NCBI GenBank assembly: GCA_965240325.2
Contig: OZ251228.1
Location: 992,001-1,056,000, forward strand
Length of the DNA: 64,000 nt
Reading direction: 5' to 3'
From: Rebecca billardiae RCC1528
Taxonomy: Eukaryota > Protista > Haptophyta
The notes beneath the pieces are model-generated. The model was not told the origin of the DNA and ran no database searches. It saw only the letters and a list, made by a program, of their open reading frames with translations. Positions 10,133 through 20,685 of this stretch are shown here, piece by piece. Positions within the stretch are counted from its first letter, which is position 1, and each line of letters opens with the position of its first letter. The position numbers and the translations under genes are program-made.

Positions 10133-12924
10133 ATGCCGCCCGAGTCCTGCGACGATCTGAGCCGCAAGCTGGCCGAGCTGAGCCCCCAACTCGCGCTGAT
10201 GATACAAGCCATGGCTGACCTCCTCGTGGAGAGGCGACACCGCGCAGACGGCGCGGCCGCAGGCCAAAGCCCGGACGCGCGCAAGGCCTGCATCATGCTG
10301 CTGGCAGCGCTCACGGACCACAAGCGCCTCGTCGACTTGGCGACGGAACGTGCGCTCCAGGCGCATCCCAAGTGGCCGACCATCCTCTGCGACAAGCTGA
10401 ACAGCTTGGCGTTCGCCCGCTGGTTGGCAGTCGAGTTGCTCTTCTCGAACGAGAACGGCATGGCGGCGCTCAAGAAGCTCGAGTCGTCAGACGATGCCGC
10501 GCTGGCCAAGCTGAAGAGCAGACTCAAGAAATCGCGATCGAGGCGCAGGGCGAGCAGCACGAAGGACACCCCCAAGTGGGCGCAGGCCCTGGTCTGCCCG
10601 TTCTACGACGCGGCGGAGCAGGCGTGCGGGGAGCACGAGGCGATGCGCGACATGATCTCGCACGCAGAGACGAGCGGGCTGCGGCAGGTCCTCGAGCGCG
10701 GCGGGCTCGTGACGGTGGCGAGCCGCGACGGCGAGCAGATCCTGCTGCTCGACCCGGAGATCGTGCTCGTGCTCTCGGCGCTCATCGTCCCCCTGGAGCC
10801 GCTCCTGTACCGCAAACGCGGCGTGCTCGCGCAACCCGCGATGCCAACCACAACAAGGATGGCGCTGGTGCCAGTGTCGCCGCAAGCGCTGCACGGGAAC
10901 GGCGGCGGCGGCGCGCTCGCGGCGCGGCCCATCGCGCTCGAGCGGCTTGCCGATCCCAGCTGCCTCGGGCTCCGCTTCGCGCGCGGCGCCCTCATCCGCT
11001 GCTCATCGTCGCCGAGCGCGCGCCCATCCTCGTGCCCGCCCGCGGCAGATGACGCGGCCGGGCCCGGCGCGGTCCCGCGGCAGGCGCCCATTGCTGCGCT
11101 TGCGAGCACCGTCGTGAACGCGGTGTATCTACTGAACGCTCGCGTGACAGCTCTTGAGGAGCGCGTGCAGGGCGCGGCCGACCCGGTGCGCTCATCGCCA
11201 TCATCACCGTCGATGGTTCCGACGGCCGTCCCGGCGCCGTCGAGCCCGTCGGCGGCGGGTGGCGCTGAGCCACCGCCGAGCGCGCCGTTTGGCGAGCAGA
11301 TCGCGCAGCCGCCGGCAGCAGTGCCGTGCCTCGGCGGCGAGCGCGTCGACGACGAGAACGAGTGCCGCGTGCGCGCGCTGCTCGAGCGCGGTGACGATGG
11401 GGCTTTTTTCGACGAAGGCCTGATGCTCGGGCGGGACGGCTCCATCCCCAGCAGCCCGACGAGCTCGCTTGGCTCCATGGTGCCGCGGGCGGCGATTACG
11501 GACATTGACGCGTCGATCTCGCCGTCCGACGAGCAGTCGAGCTCGCAGACCGCCGAGCTGACGGCAGGGCAGCTGCGCAAGGCAGGCATGGGGTGCGCGC
11601 TGCTGAAAGTCGTGGCTTTCTGCCAGCCTCCGTCGCCATCGCAGCGGCAGGTGTGCGCATGCGGCCCCGCCGCGTCTGCTGCGTCTGCGATCGTGCGCGC
11701 CCGGTGCGCACGTCCGCGCATGCCGGATCTCGCTGCTCGCTGCTCACCACCACCGGCCGGTTGCGCCCCCGCCCCAAACGCCTTGCGCAGTTCGGCGGGC
11801 TGGCCGAGATGCCGCGCGTCTGCGAGTCCTACGCGATGGTCTGGGAGTATGTGGTCGAGAAGGTCGCGCCGAATTTCGGCGTCGGCGCGGCGCGCGATCT
11901 GTGCGTGCTGCTGGACAAGCTGATCCCGAACGTGTCCGCGCCGCTGGGCGTGCTGCCGGGCATGATCGGCGTCGACGATTTCACCGATTGGAAGCCGCTC
12001 GGCTCTGGGACCCAGGCCAACGTGTTCCAGGCCACGGACTCGCTCGGCGCGTTGGTCGCGCTCAAACAGATCCGCCTCCACCAGCTGGAGAAGCCGCATG
12101 TGGCCGAGATGCTCGTCTCGGAGATCTTGTCGTTGGCGATGCTCGACAGCCCACACATCGTCAAGTGTGCGTGCCACGCGCAACCCGCCCTCGGCGGCGC
12201 GGCGCGCCCAGCGTGGTAGACTACTGGCTGCGTTGTACGCGCGCGACTTGTGGACGAGCGTGCCAAAGTGCGGTGCGCGCATCCTCACCGGCGCGACCGC
12301 CTGCCCTTCATCACCGCGCGCTCGCGCGCGCGCGCAGTCAAGGGCCTCTTCTCCAATGCTACGGCCGTGTACATCGTCCTCGAGCTCGCCAACGGCGGCA
12401 CGCTCGAAGACCGCCTGCGCAACACGGGCGGGTCTTTGCCGGAGATCGAGGCTGCCGGCTCCTTTTTGCAGCTCGCCAGCGGCGCCCTCGAGATGCACAA
12501 GCATCACCTGCGGCACGGCGACCTCAATCTGGCCAACATCGTTGTCACGAAAGAGGGCAGGTGCAAACTCTGTGACTTGGGCCTCACGCGCGAGGTCCTC
12601 CCGGGCCAGTACGAGGTGAAGGTCTGGGGCACTTTCGAGTACATGGCGCCCGAGATGCGAACGCGGCCGGCCGCGTACAACCAGAGCGCGGACGTGTGGG
12701 CTCTCGGTATCATCCTCTTCCAGATGCTCGCCGGTAAGCACCCGTTCGAGCCGCCGCTGACGCCGGCCGAGCTCATCTTCCCGACTGACGAGCCGAACAC
12801 GTTCCGCGACTCGACTCGGCACCTCGTGCAGATGATGCTCAACCCGAAGCCGTCAGAGCGGCCGAAGCTCCCCGAGGTCCACGCGCTCGCGAGCGAGTGG
12901 ATGAAGGAGATCGACGACTCGTAG
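10133..12924 (+). CDS. Ser/Thr protein kinase, copy 2. Predicted exons ~10133-11650, 11791-12166, 12338-12924.
   Basis: Offset +7749 from copy 1, with identical translated ORFs; one synonymous AGG/AGA difference noticed (2773 vs 10522). Confidence 0.85.
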
Positions 12925-13908
12925 CGGCGAGGCGCAATCGTCCCCCAGCAGGACGACTGCCGCCATCGGCATCACGAGCGAGCTGCTGCTTGCTGCCAAG
13001 CCCGCCAACAGCGGCACGAGCCGCCGCATCAGTGAGTGAGTCCCATGCATGACGAGACGACGAGCACGGCCAGCGTGCGCGGCGCGATCCTCCGCAATCG
13101 ATCAGCAGCAGCGCACCGTCGCTCCCATCAGCCCATCTAGCTGTCTGCTTCCCATCAGTTGCGCTGAGTGCACTCAATACTTACCGCCAGCATGTGATGC
13201 ATGAGATATCTCCGCGTTCATCCGCGGCCCTTTTCCGTAGATCGAACTCACGAGTCGTATAAGCTAGCTAGTAGTTATACTACGTAGTCGTTGTATGCGC
13301 CCGTTGCGGGCCCGCGGTGCTGCCACGATGCATGATTCAAACACAGCGCATCATCATCAGATGACGGGCCGATCGGACGACGATCGATGGACCGACCGAG
13401 TGATTCGGCTAGCCGTTCGGGAATCAGGGGCGGTTCGCCGCGAGCCGTGAGTGCGAGTGCGGCGAGTGCGCCGCGGCTGGCGGCCCGCGCGGTCTGACTC
13501 CGACAGTCACGCCCTAGCTGGACTTTTGATGACAGGCGTGCTGACGCGGACGGCGGAGTCGGCGTCGGTGTCGGGCCCGGAGCAGCCTGACCCTGAGGGT
13601 GCTGCTCGGCCCGCTCTCCGCACTGAGACTGCGCCACAGCACTCACAGGACTGATGAGCGTGAGGTCTGCGCTTCGCGGCGGTGGAGACGCGCCGTGGCC
13701 GAGCCAGCCGCCGCTGCTCTAGCGCTCCTGTTGTGGCGGATGAGGGGCGCGGCGAGACCTGCTGCGATATGCTGCTGCGACATATGATCTGCCGGCGCGG
13801 GCTGCGCGCGCAGGCTGAGGCGGCCCATGCACGGGGCCACAGCACACACGAGTCGTGCGGAGGCGCAGTCATATAGTATAGACGTAGTCTATAGTAGAAT
13901 ATGCGATA

Positions 13909-13926
13909 ATATATATATATATATAT
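13909..13926. repeat. (AT)n microsatellite, resumed at ~14665-14674 after the inserted element
   Basis: Read directly. Confidence 0.9.
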
Positions 13927-14664
13927 GGGGTTATTGGCACAATAACTGATTGTCTAAGAGGACGGTGGGAGCGCAATGCGCCGTATCAACACCTGCCTGC
14001 CATTCAGCCTGAGCCAGGCGGCCGAGCTCAAGTCCGGCTGCCATCTTGGCCACCCTCTTCTCGTGCCACAAGGGACTTTCGAGCCCGTGCTCTGTGTGCA
14101 CGCACGGCGGCCTAGAACGACCTACTCACTGCGCTGCTCCTGGGCCATAGGCTAACTAGGCATGGTTGGCATGGCGGTCAGGACGGCCAATTCGTGAACT
14201 GGGTTTTTTCATCAGGCGCCGAGCCAACCGTTACCGTCGCTGCTGCATGCCTCCCGCTCACTCGCAGCGAGCACCCGTCGGAAGCGCCCACTGTCCTGAT
14301 GGCTGCAGCTGTTTCCGGCGGCCCGCAGCTTCGAGGCGCCCTGTGCGCGATGTCCTTCGTGCCTCGCTGTCGTGTGGCTTGGCGGCTCTCGAGCTGCGTC
14401 GTCCAAGCTGCCCCGCCCGCCCACCCCTGCTGTTGGCAGCTACTTGATGTTGCCTCACACCGCGCGTCTGTCGGCGTTGAGCGGCCAGTCCTGCCGCGCG
14501 CTCGGTCCGAGCGCTGGCTGCCGCTCGCACTTTGTTTCGAGGAACAAAAATCCCATACAATGTATAGAGTCTGGTCTCTCGCCGCGTGGCTCCGCCCTGC
14601 CCGGCGTGTGCCTCGCCTCCTCGCTGCATCTGGATGGCGCAGGCGCTCCGAGGACGGCTAGACA
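13927..14664. mobile_element. 738-bp non-autonomous element with asymmetric structured ends (member B, opposite orientation to A), inserted in (AT)n
   Basis: Starts GGGGTTATTGGCACAATAACTGATTGTCTAAGAGGACGG and ends GAGGACGGCTAGACA; flanked on both sides by AT repeats. Confidence 0.75.
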
Positions 14665-14862
14665 TATATATATAGCAGCACTGTGTGTCTGCGCGCGCGC
14701 TCATGAGGTCTGAGGATCCGCCAACTATAGCATCAGCTGCTTTTGGCTCGCGGGCCGGCGTCGCAGCTCAGCCGGCTGGGGCACGCGACTGGCAAACACC
14801 AGTGATTGATGCTGCTGCTCGTGCTGTTCTGAAAATGACAACCACCTGGTCATCTCATCACA

Positions 14863-17800
14863 TCACACGGCGTGTGCAGCCGCCGCCTCCGCCTGCACGG
14901 CTGCCAGAACGCCCACGTCCTCTGCGAGCGCGCGCATCAGCAGGCGGAACGTCGGCAGGTCGGTCGCGTCCGCGTGCTCGGCGGCGAGCATCCCGCACAG
15001 CGCGTCGCGCTGCGCCGCGTCCACGTGTGCGCACAGCGCCAGCGCATCGCGCGCCAGCTCGAGGGGCGCGACGCCGCCGCCCGCGCCGGCGCGCCCGCTG
15101 TCCACGACAAGAGCGTGCAGCGCGCCGATGGCCTCGTCGCGCACGCCCGCGTGCGCCGGATCGACGAGCGCGCGGAGCAGCGCGTCCGCAACCACGGGCC
15201 GCGCAGTCACGCACTCTGGGTGGGCGCGCAGCCGACCGCGCGTCGCCTCGTCCGCGCGCACCAGCCGCTCCGCCGCCGAGCGAAACGCGGCGCGCGCGCC
15301 CGGCCGCGCGAGCGCGTGCGCGTACGCGCCGACGAGCGCGCGCACGGCGCCCGGCGTCACCTCGAGCTCGCGCCAGCGCTCGCGCACGAGCACGTCGAGC
15401 ACGCGATGGTACCGCGGCGCCGACGCGCGCCGGCTGGCGCCCGACTCGAGCCGCGCCGCGCACAGCTGCAGCGCGGCCGCCCAGTGCGCGCGCGAGCCGC
15501 CGACCATCGCGAGCAGCCGCAGCAGCAGGCGCTCGAGGGCGGCGCCGGCGCGCTCGCTGCCCGGCCCGCCTGCCGTGCGCACCGGCCGCGCGGCGTACGC
15601 CACGAGCTCGTCGAGCAGCGGCGTGAGCGCACCCAGCGCGCCGCCCGCCGCGCCGCGCGCGCCTGCCGGCGCGGCCGCGAGCGCGAGCGCGAGACCTGCA
15701 AGCGCGCCGAGCGCACGCGCGCACGCCTCGCGCGCGGCGGGGTCAGTGGCGCGCTCGTCGACGCTCGCGTAGTGCCGGATCAGCGCGGCTGCGACGGGCA
15801 GCAGCGGCTCCAACGCGCCGTGCGCCGCGTCCACCGCCGCGCGCGCCAGCCCATGCGACGCGCGCACCAGCGCCGTGAGCGCGCGCGCCCCAGCTGCGAC
15901 CTCGCGCGCCGCTGCCGCCTCGCCCGCGCCCGACGGCGGCGGCCACGCTCCCGGCGTGAGCGCGTCGGCGCGCGGCGTGCCCGCTGCGTCGAGCAGGCCG
16001 CACGCATGCCACGGGGCTGCCGCCACGCGCACGAGCACGCCGACCGCACCCGCGCCCCACTCCGCCGCGCCGTGCGCGCGGCCGGCGGCGTGCGCGGCCG
16101 CTCGGAGTGCGAACAGGCTCAGAGCGCCGCACATCGGCGCACGGCCACGAGCGGGCAGCGCGATCATGAGTGCGTGCGCGTCGGCAACGAGCGCGTGCAC
16201 GGCCGAGCGCACGCTCGCGTGCGCCTCGCGCACGCCGTCTGCCGCCCACGCCTCGGCCGGCACCGCGCTCGCGACCGCGCGAACCAGGGCCGCGGCCGCG
16301 CCGCCGAGCGCGGCCGCGGCCGCCCGCCCGTCGGCCGACGCCGCATCCGCTGCTGCTGCGTGCGCCGCGCGCAGCGCGCCGACGATGAGCTGGGCGGCCT
16401 CGGCCTCGGCGGCGACGTCGGCGCTCGAGGCCTCAGCCACGTGCGCGAGCGGCCTCGCCAGCGCGGGCGCGAGCGCGCGCAGCAGCAGCAGCAGCCCAAC
16501 GCGGGCGCACGCGCCATCGCGAGCTCGCGGCGGCGGCGGCAGCGGCGACAAGGCTCGCGCCGCGCTCAGCGCCGCGCGCGCGAGCTCCAAGGCGAGCTGG
16601 CGCCCTCCGCCCGCGCACGCATCGAGCGCGCCGACCGCCTGGCACGCCACCGGGCACAGCGCCGCAAGCGCGAGCAGCTCGTCCCCGCCCTCCGCCGCAC
16701 CGCCCGCACCGAGCGGCGCGCACAGCTCAGCGACGCGCGCGCTCACAGCCGCCGCGGCCGCATCCGGCCACAGGGCGAGCACGCCGCCCACAATGTCAGC
16801 CTCCGTGTGCGCGTCGACGAGCGCGGCCCGCGCTGCGGGCACGGCTGCGTCATCCTCGTCGCTCTCGCCGCTGCTATCCACTGCGCCGATCATCGCCCCC
16901 GCCGCCGCGCCGCCGTCGCCACCGCCGTCGAGGTTGTCGTCATCATCGTCAGCGCCCTCATCCGCGGACGCTGCGGAGGCGCCGCTGTCATCGTCGGCGT
17001 CAGCGTCGGCGTCGGCGGGGCCCGGGCCCGCGGCAGCCTGCGCCCCACGCCGGCTAGGGGAGGGCCCGCGCAGCAGCCCGTCGGCCAGCACGCGCGCCGC
17101 CACGCGCCTCCGCTCGAGCACGTGCCGCAGCAGCTCCCCGTGGCCCGGACCGAAGGCGGCGCAGAATTCGTCACGGCTGAGTCCGAGCGGTCTCGCGCGC
17201 GTGCCCTCCTCGCGCACGCACGCGCCCAGCCCGTCGAGCAGCGTGGCCCACGCGCGGTAGCACGCGCGCGCGGCGGCGCGGGTGCCAGGGGCACACGTCA
17301 GCGCGAGCAGCGCGCCGAGCAGCGCGCCTGCCTCGTCGCTGTACGGCACTGTCGCCGCGCCGCCGATCCGAGGCAGCACGTGCGCACACATGGCCTGCGC
17401 GCACTCTGCGAGCGCGCGCGCCTCCGCCGTCGCTCCCTCGGCGCGACGCGCCTCGGCGGGTGACGCGGCTGCGCGGCGGAGCGCCTGCTCGAGGTGTGCC
17501 AGCGCCGGCACGAACAGGCTCGCCGCGTCCGCCGCGCGCACGTTGCGCTCGAAGAGCGTGCGCGCGCACGCGAGCGCGCGGGCGCGATGAGCCGCGCTCG
17601 GCGCTGCAAAGCGCGCGCACAGCGCTGGCACGAGCTGGGGCGGGACGGACTGCGCGCTGACGGGGAGCCACTGGGCGCACGTACTGAGCGTGTCGAGTGC
17701 GTCGGCCTCAACGCCCACGCCACCGCCACCTCCGTCATCCGCCCCGGCCGCCGCCGCGAGCGCATCCGCCGCATGCGCAAACACGGCGGGCGCAGCAGCC

Positions 17801-18351
17801 GACAGGCCGCGCGCGAGCAGGCGGCGGCGCGAGCTGAGCACCGTGGCGCGAGAGGGGTCGAGGCTCTCGTGGACAAGCAGCTCAATCAGCCGAAGGCCAA
17901 GGGCGCGCGTCGGCGGTGAGCGCACCGCCGCAAGCAAGTCGTCGAGAAACGAAGGAGCGGCGTCCGGCCACAGCTGCCGGCCGGCGCGCACGTACACCTG
18001 GCATAGCTTGCGGTTGACGCCGGATGGCCAGGCGGCGGCGTGCGTGAAGAGGAGCTCGCGCAGCACCGTGAGCGTCTCCAGCTGCTCCGCGTGCGCCAGC
18101 CCGTGCCAGCGCGCCAGCACGAGCCGGTCGAGCACGAGCGCGCAGAACCACAGCACCAGTTGGCCCGCGGCGGCGGGCTCGCGCAGCGCGGCGACGGCGA
18201 CGGCGACGTTGGCCGGCTCGTCGCGAAAGCGCACGAGCTCGGTCTCAAGCTGCTGTCGCCGCGACGGGTCGGTCCCATCGCCCCCGTAGTACTGCGCCAG
18301 CGCGTGCTGAAGCTCTTGCAGCACGCGGCGTTGATCACGACCGTGCGCCAT
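14863..18351 (-). CDS. XPO6: Exportin-6-like karyopherin (importin-beta/HEAT family), 1162 aa, apparently intronless
   Basis: The N-terminal RKLCQVYVRAGRQLWP...SPPTRALGL and the C-terminal CAHVDAAQRDAL...DLPTF resemble, from recall, the exportin-6 segments NKLCKVIVDIGRQDWP...SPVTTPLGL and CDGVDANQKSVL...DLPSF. The length fits a karyopherin, and the ORF starts at an ATG. Confidence 0.75.
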   Translation of the reverse strand: MAHGRDQRRVLQELQHALAQYYGGDGTDPSRRQQLETELVRFRDEPANVAVAVAALREPAAAGQLVLWFCALVLDRLVLARWHGLAHAEQLETLTVLRELLFTHAAAWPSGVNRKLCQVYVRAGRQLWPDAAPSFLDDLLAAVRSPPTRALGLRLIELLVHESLDPSRATVLSSRRRLLARGLSAAAPAVFAHAADALAAAAGADDGGGGGVGVEADALDTLSTCAQWLPVSAQSVPPQLVPALCARFAAPSAAHRARALACARTLFERNVRAADAASLFVPALAHLEQALRRAAASPAEARRAEGATAEARALAECAQAMCAHVLPRIGGAATVPYSDEAGALLGALLALTCAPGTRAAARACYRAWATLLDGLGACVREEGTRARPLGLSRDEFCAAFGPGHGELLRHVLERRRVAARVLADGLLRGPSPSRRGAQAAAGPGPADADADADDDSGASAASADEGADDDDDNLDGGGDGGAAAGAMIGAVDSSGESDEDDAAVPAARAALVDAHTEADIVGGVLALWPDAAAAAVSARVAELCAPLGAGGAAEGGDELLALAALCPVACQAVGALDACAGGGRQLALELARAALSAARALSPLPPPPRARDGACARVGLLLLLRALAPALARPLAHVAEASSADVAAEAEAAQLIVGALRAAHAAAADAASADGRAAAAALGGAAAALVRAVASAVPAEAWAADGVREAHASVRSAVHALVADAHALMIALPARGRAPMCGALSLFALRAAAHAAGRAHGAAEWGAGAVGVLVRVAAAPWHACGLLDAAGTPRADALTPGAWPPPSGAGEAAAAREVAAGARALTALVRASHGLARAAVDAAHGALEPLLPVAAALIRHYASVDERATDPAAREACARALGALAGLALALAAAPAGARGAAGGALGALTPLLDELVAYAARPVRTAGGPGSERAGAALERLLLRLLAMVGGSRAHWAAALQLCAARLESGASRRASAPRYHRVLDVLVRERWRELEVTPGAVRALVGAYAHALARPGARAAFRSAAERLVRADEATRGRLRAHPECVTARPVVADALLRALVDPAHAGVRDEAIGALHALVVDSGRAGAGGGVAPLELARDALALCAHVDAAQRDALCGMLAAEHADATDLPTFRLLMRALAEDVGVLAAVQAEAAAAHAV

Positions 18352-18563
18352 CTCCCGGCCGCAGATCCGGGAGATCGTCGCTGTGTTAGCTGGTTATTTC
18401 GGTCATATCCGGGAAAATGAGGTGCCCCCTTGGTTGGTTGACCCGGACCCGCCGCCGACGCCTGCGGCCTGGCCCCTTCCGCTTGGAACGAGGTGGCACA
18501 CGGACGTTCGCAAGCACCTTCAAGCCGATCAGCAGATCAAAGGAGTCAAAGGGAGTACTGCGC

Positions 18564-19069
18564 CCAGTGCGCAGCGCGGCAGAGGCTCACTCATCGCGAG
18601 GTCGCCGCTCGCCAGTGGGACTCGCCCGCCCGCCGCCGTGCACGGTGGCCGGGCCGCTCGCGCCGTGCGCTCCTGCGGCCGTCGGGTCGGGCCGCGGTGG
18701 CGTCGCGCGCGCATGTGATAGCACGGCATGCCCCTGCAGAGGCTCGAGCCCCGAGTCGAGCCCGTCGCGCGCTGCGGGCGCGCGCTTGCACGCGAGCCGG
18801 CATGCGCTGCTGTAGTGTGCGGCGCAGCGCGTGTGCGTGCTGCTTCAAGGCGCGGAGGAGGCGAGGACGAGGAAGGCTCGCGGCACAGAGAGGGGCGCTG
18901 GGCGGCTCTGCGACGGCTCAAGCCCCGCGACGCCACCGCGGCCCGACCCGACGGCCGCAGGAGCGCACGGCGCGAGCGGCCCGGCCACCGTGCACGGCGG
19001 CGGGCGGGCGAGTGCCATTGGCGAGCGGCGACCTTGCGATGACACAGCCTCTACCGCGCTGCGCACTGG
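18564..19069. repeat. Long inverted repeat 1 (arms 18564-18707 and 18926-19069, 144 bp each, ~218-bp spacer)
   Basis: The arms are reverse complements, essentially perfect over the inner ~85 bp with scattered mismatches outward. Confidence 0.9.
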
Positions 19070-19169
19070 CTGTTGCGGACCCTGGCCACCCTTGGTAGTG
19101 CCCGCGCGCGCCCTGTGGCCAGTGGCGAGCGCGGCGGCCGCGGATCAGCAGGCGGACATGCTGAGGATA

Positions 19170-20142
19170 TTTCTGACCCACACCCTCGGCGGTGGCGGCG
19201 GCAAGGGCTGTGCTCCGTTGGCGGGACGCGCACGGGGCGCGGCGCTGCGGGCGCGGATGTGCCCGCGGAGCTGGTACATGTGGATGGGGTGTTGTACGAG
19301 AGCATCTGGCGCCCTCCTGCGCCGCGCGTCTTGCGCCACGCCTCTTTCGCCTCGGCTCAGGGCAACGCGCACGCGCGCGCCGCCTCAATCAAGGCCAGCC
19401 TTGCCGCGCCGCAGCCGACCGCGCGCGCGCCGTGCGCAGCGTGGTGGGGTAAGAGCGGGCGCTGCTGCCGGGCGAGATGACGACGTCATATTCGCACGCC
19501 ATGCCGCCCCGCGACGCCTTGACGAGCGTATCTTCGGCCCGTTTGCATGCCTCTTCGACTTGTCACGAATGGCGTGCACGGCCCTTGCGGTGCCCCTTGT
19601 AGGGACGATCATAGACACAAAACAGCGCCAGACTGGCGCGCGGGCTATGCACGCACGAGTGTTCACCGCCGCGCGGTCATGTAGACGTACTGGGAGCGAC
19701 GCGTCCTCGCGCTGATGCTCTTTCATCATCTTCTTTGAGCTCAGGTCTGGCTTCTGGCACAACACTTGATCAGCACTCATCAACAGCTGTGCACGTTGGC
19801 GTGCCCTTTCGCGGCGTTGCGGGGCGGCATGGCGTGCGAATATGACGTTGCCATCATGCCCGGCAGCAGCGCCCGCTCCTTCCTGACCACACCGCGCACG
19901 GCGCGCGCGCGGTCGACTGCGGCGCGGCAAGGCTGGCCTTGATTGAGGCGGCGCGTGCGTGCGCGTTGCCCTGAGCCGAGGCGAAACAGGCGTGGCGCAA
20001 GACGCGCGGCGTAGAAGGGCGTCAGATGCTCTCGCACAACAGCCCGTCCACACGCACCGGCTCCGCGGGCACATCCGCGCCGCGCGCCCCGCCAGCGGAG
20101 CACGCCCTTGCCGCCGCCGCCGCCGGGCGTGGGTCACAGAAT
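19170..20142. repeat. Long inverted repeat 2 (arms ~19170-19518 and ~19813-20142, ~295-bp spacer)
   Basis: For example GTCATATTCGCACGCCATGCCGCCCCGC vs GCGGGGCGGCATGGCGTGCGAATATGAC, and CCTCAATCAAGGCCAGCCTTGCC vs GGCAAGGCTGGCCTTGATTGAGG; moderately diverged. Confidence 0.88.
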
Positions 20143-20347
20143 GATGTCCCAACACGCCTACGTCTGTTCTGGCGCAGGACTCCCTTGGCCCTTTGCCCGC
20201 CGCTTGCTCGCCAGTCTGAAGTGCTCCTCAGCCTTGGTGAGCAGTGACGACCAGTGGACAAACACGAGTTTGAAGTTGCGGACCGGAGGCCGCGTCGAGC
20301 AAAGCGCCGCGTCCTCTTACACCGCGCGGGCTCGCGAAAGGGCGTCG

Positions 20348-20685
20348 ATGCAAGGAGCGACGATGCCATGCGTGCGCACCCTGAAGGGCCAGACCTCCTT
20401 TGTGTATTCGGTGGCGATCTCGACCGCGGACGGCGGCTGCCGCTGGGCCGCGTCCGCGTCTGACGACCACAGCGTGCGTCTTTGGGACCTGCATTCGGGC
20501 GAGTGCGTGCTCATCCTCATTGGGCACACCAACAGGGTGCACTCGGTGGCGATCTCGAGCGCGGACGGCGGCTGCCGCTGGGCCGTGTCCGCGTCACACG
20601 ACGGCACTGTGCGGCTGTGGGACCTGCAGTCCGGCGGGTGCGTGCACATCTTCGAGGGGCACACCGACTGGGTGAACTCGGTGGC
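20348..20685 (+). pseudogene. WD40-repeat gene fragment (about 2.4 highly similar 45-aa repeats) truncated by the satellite array
   Basis: Repeats such as GHTNRVHSVAISSADGGCRWAVSASHDGTVRLWDL with a 135-bp period (GTGGC at 20411, 20546, 20681). The third repeat is cut at GHTDWVNSVA; the frame reads into the satellite and stops at 20782. Confidence 0.85.

Noticed and set aside
14872-17463. 863-aa and other plus-strand ORFs overlapping XPO6
   Set aside because: Arg/Ala-rich antisense shadows typical of very high-GC coding DNA
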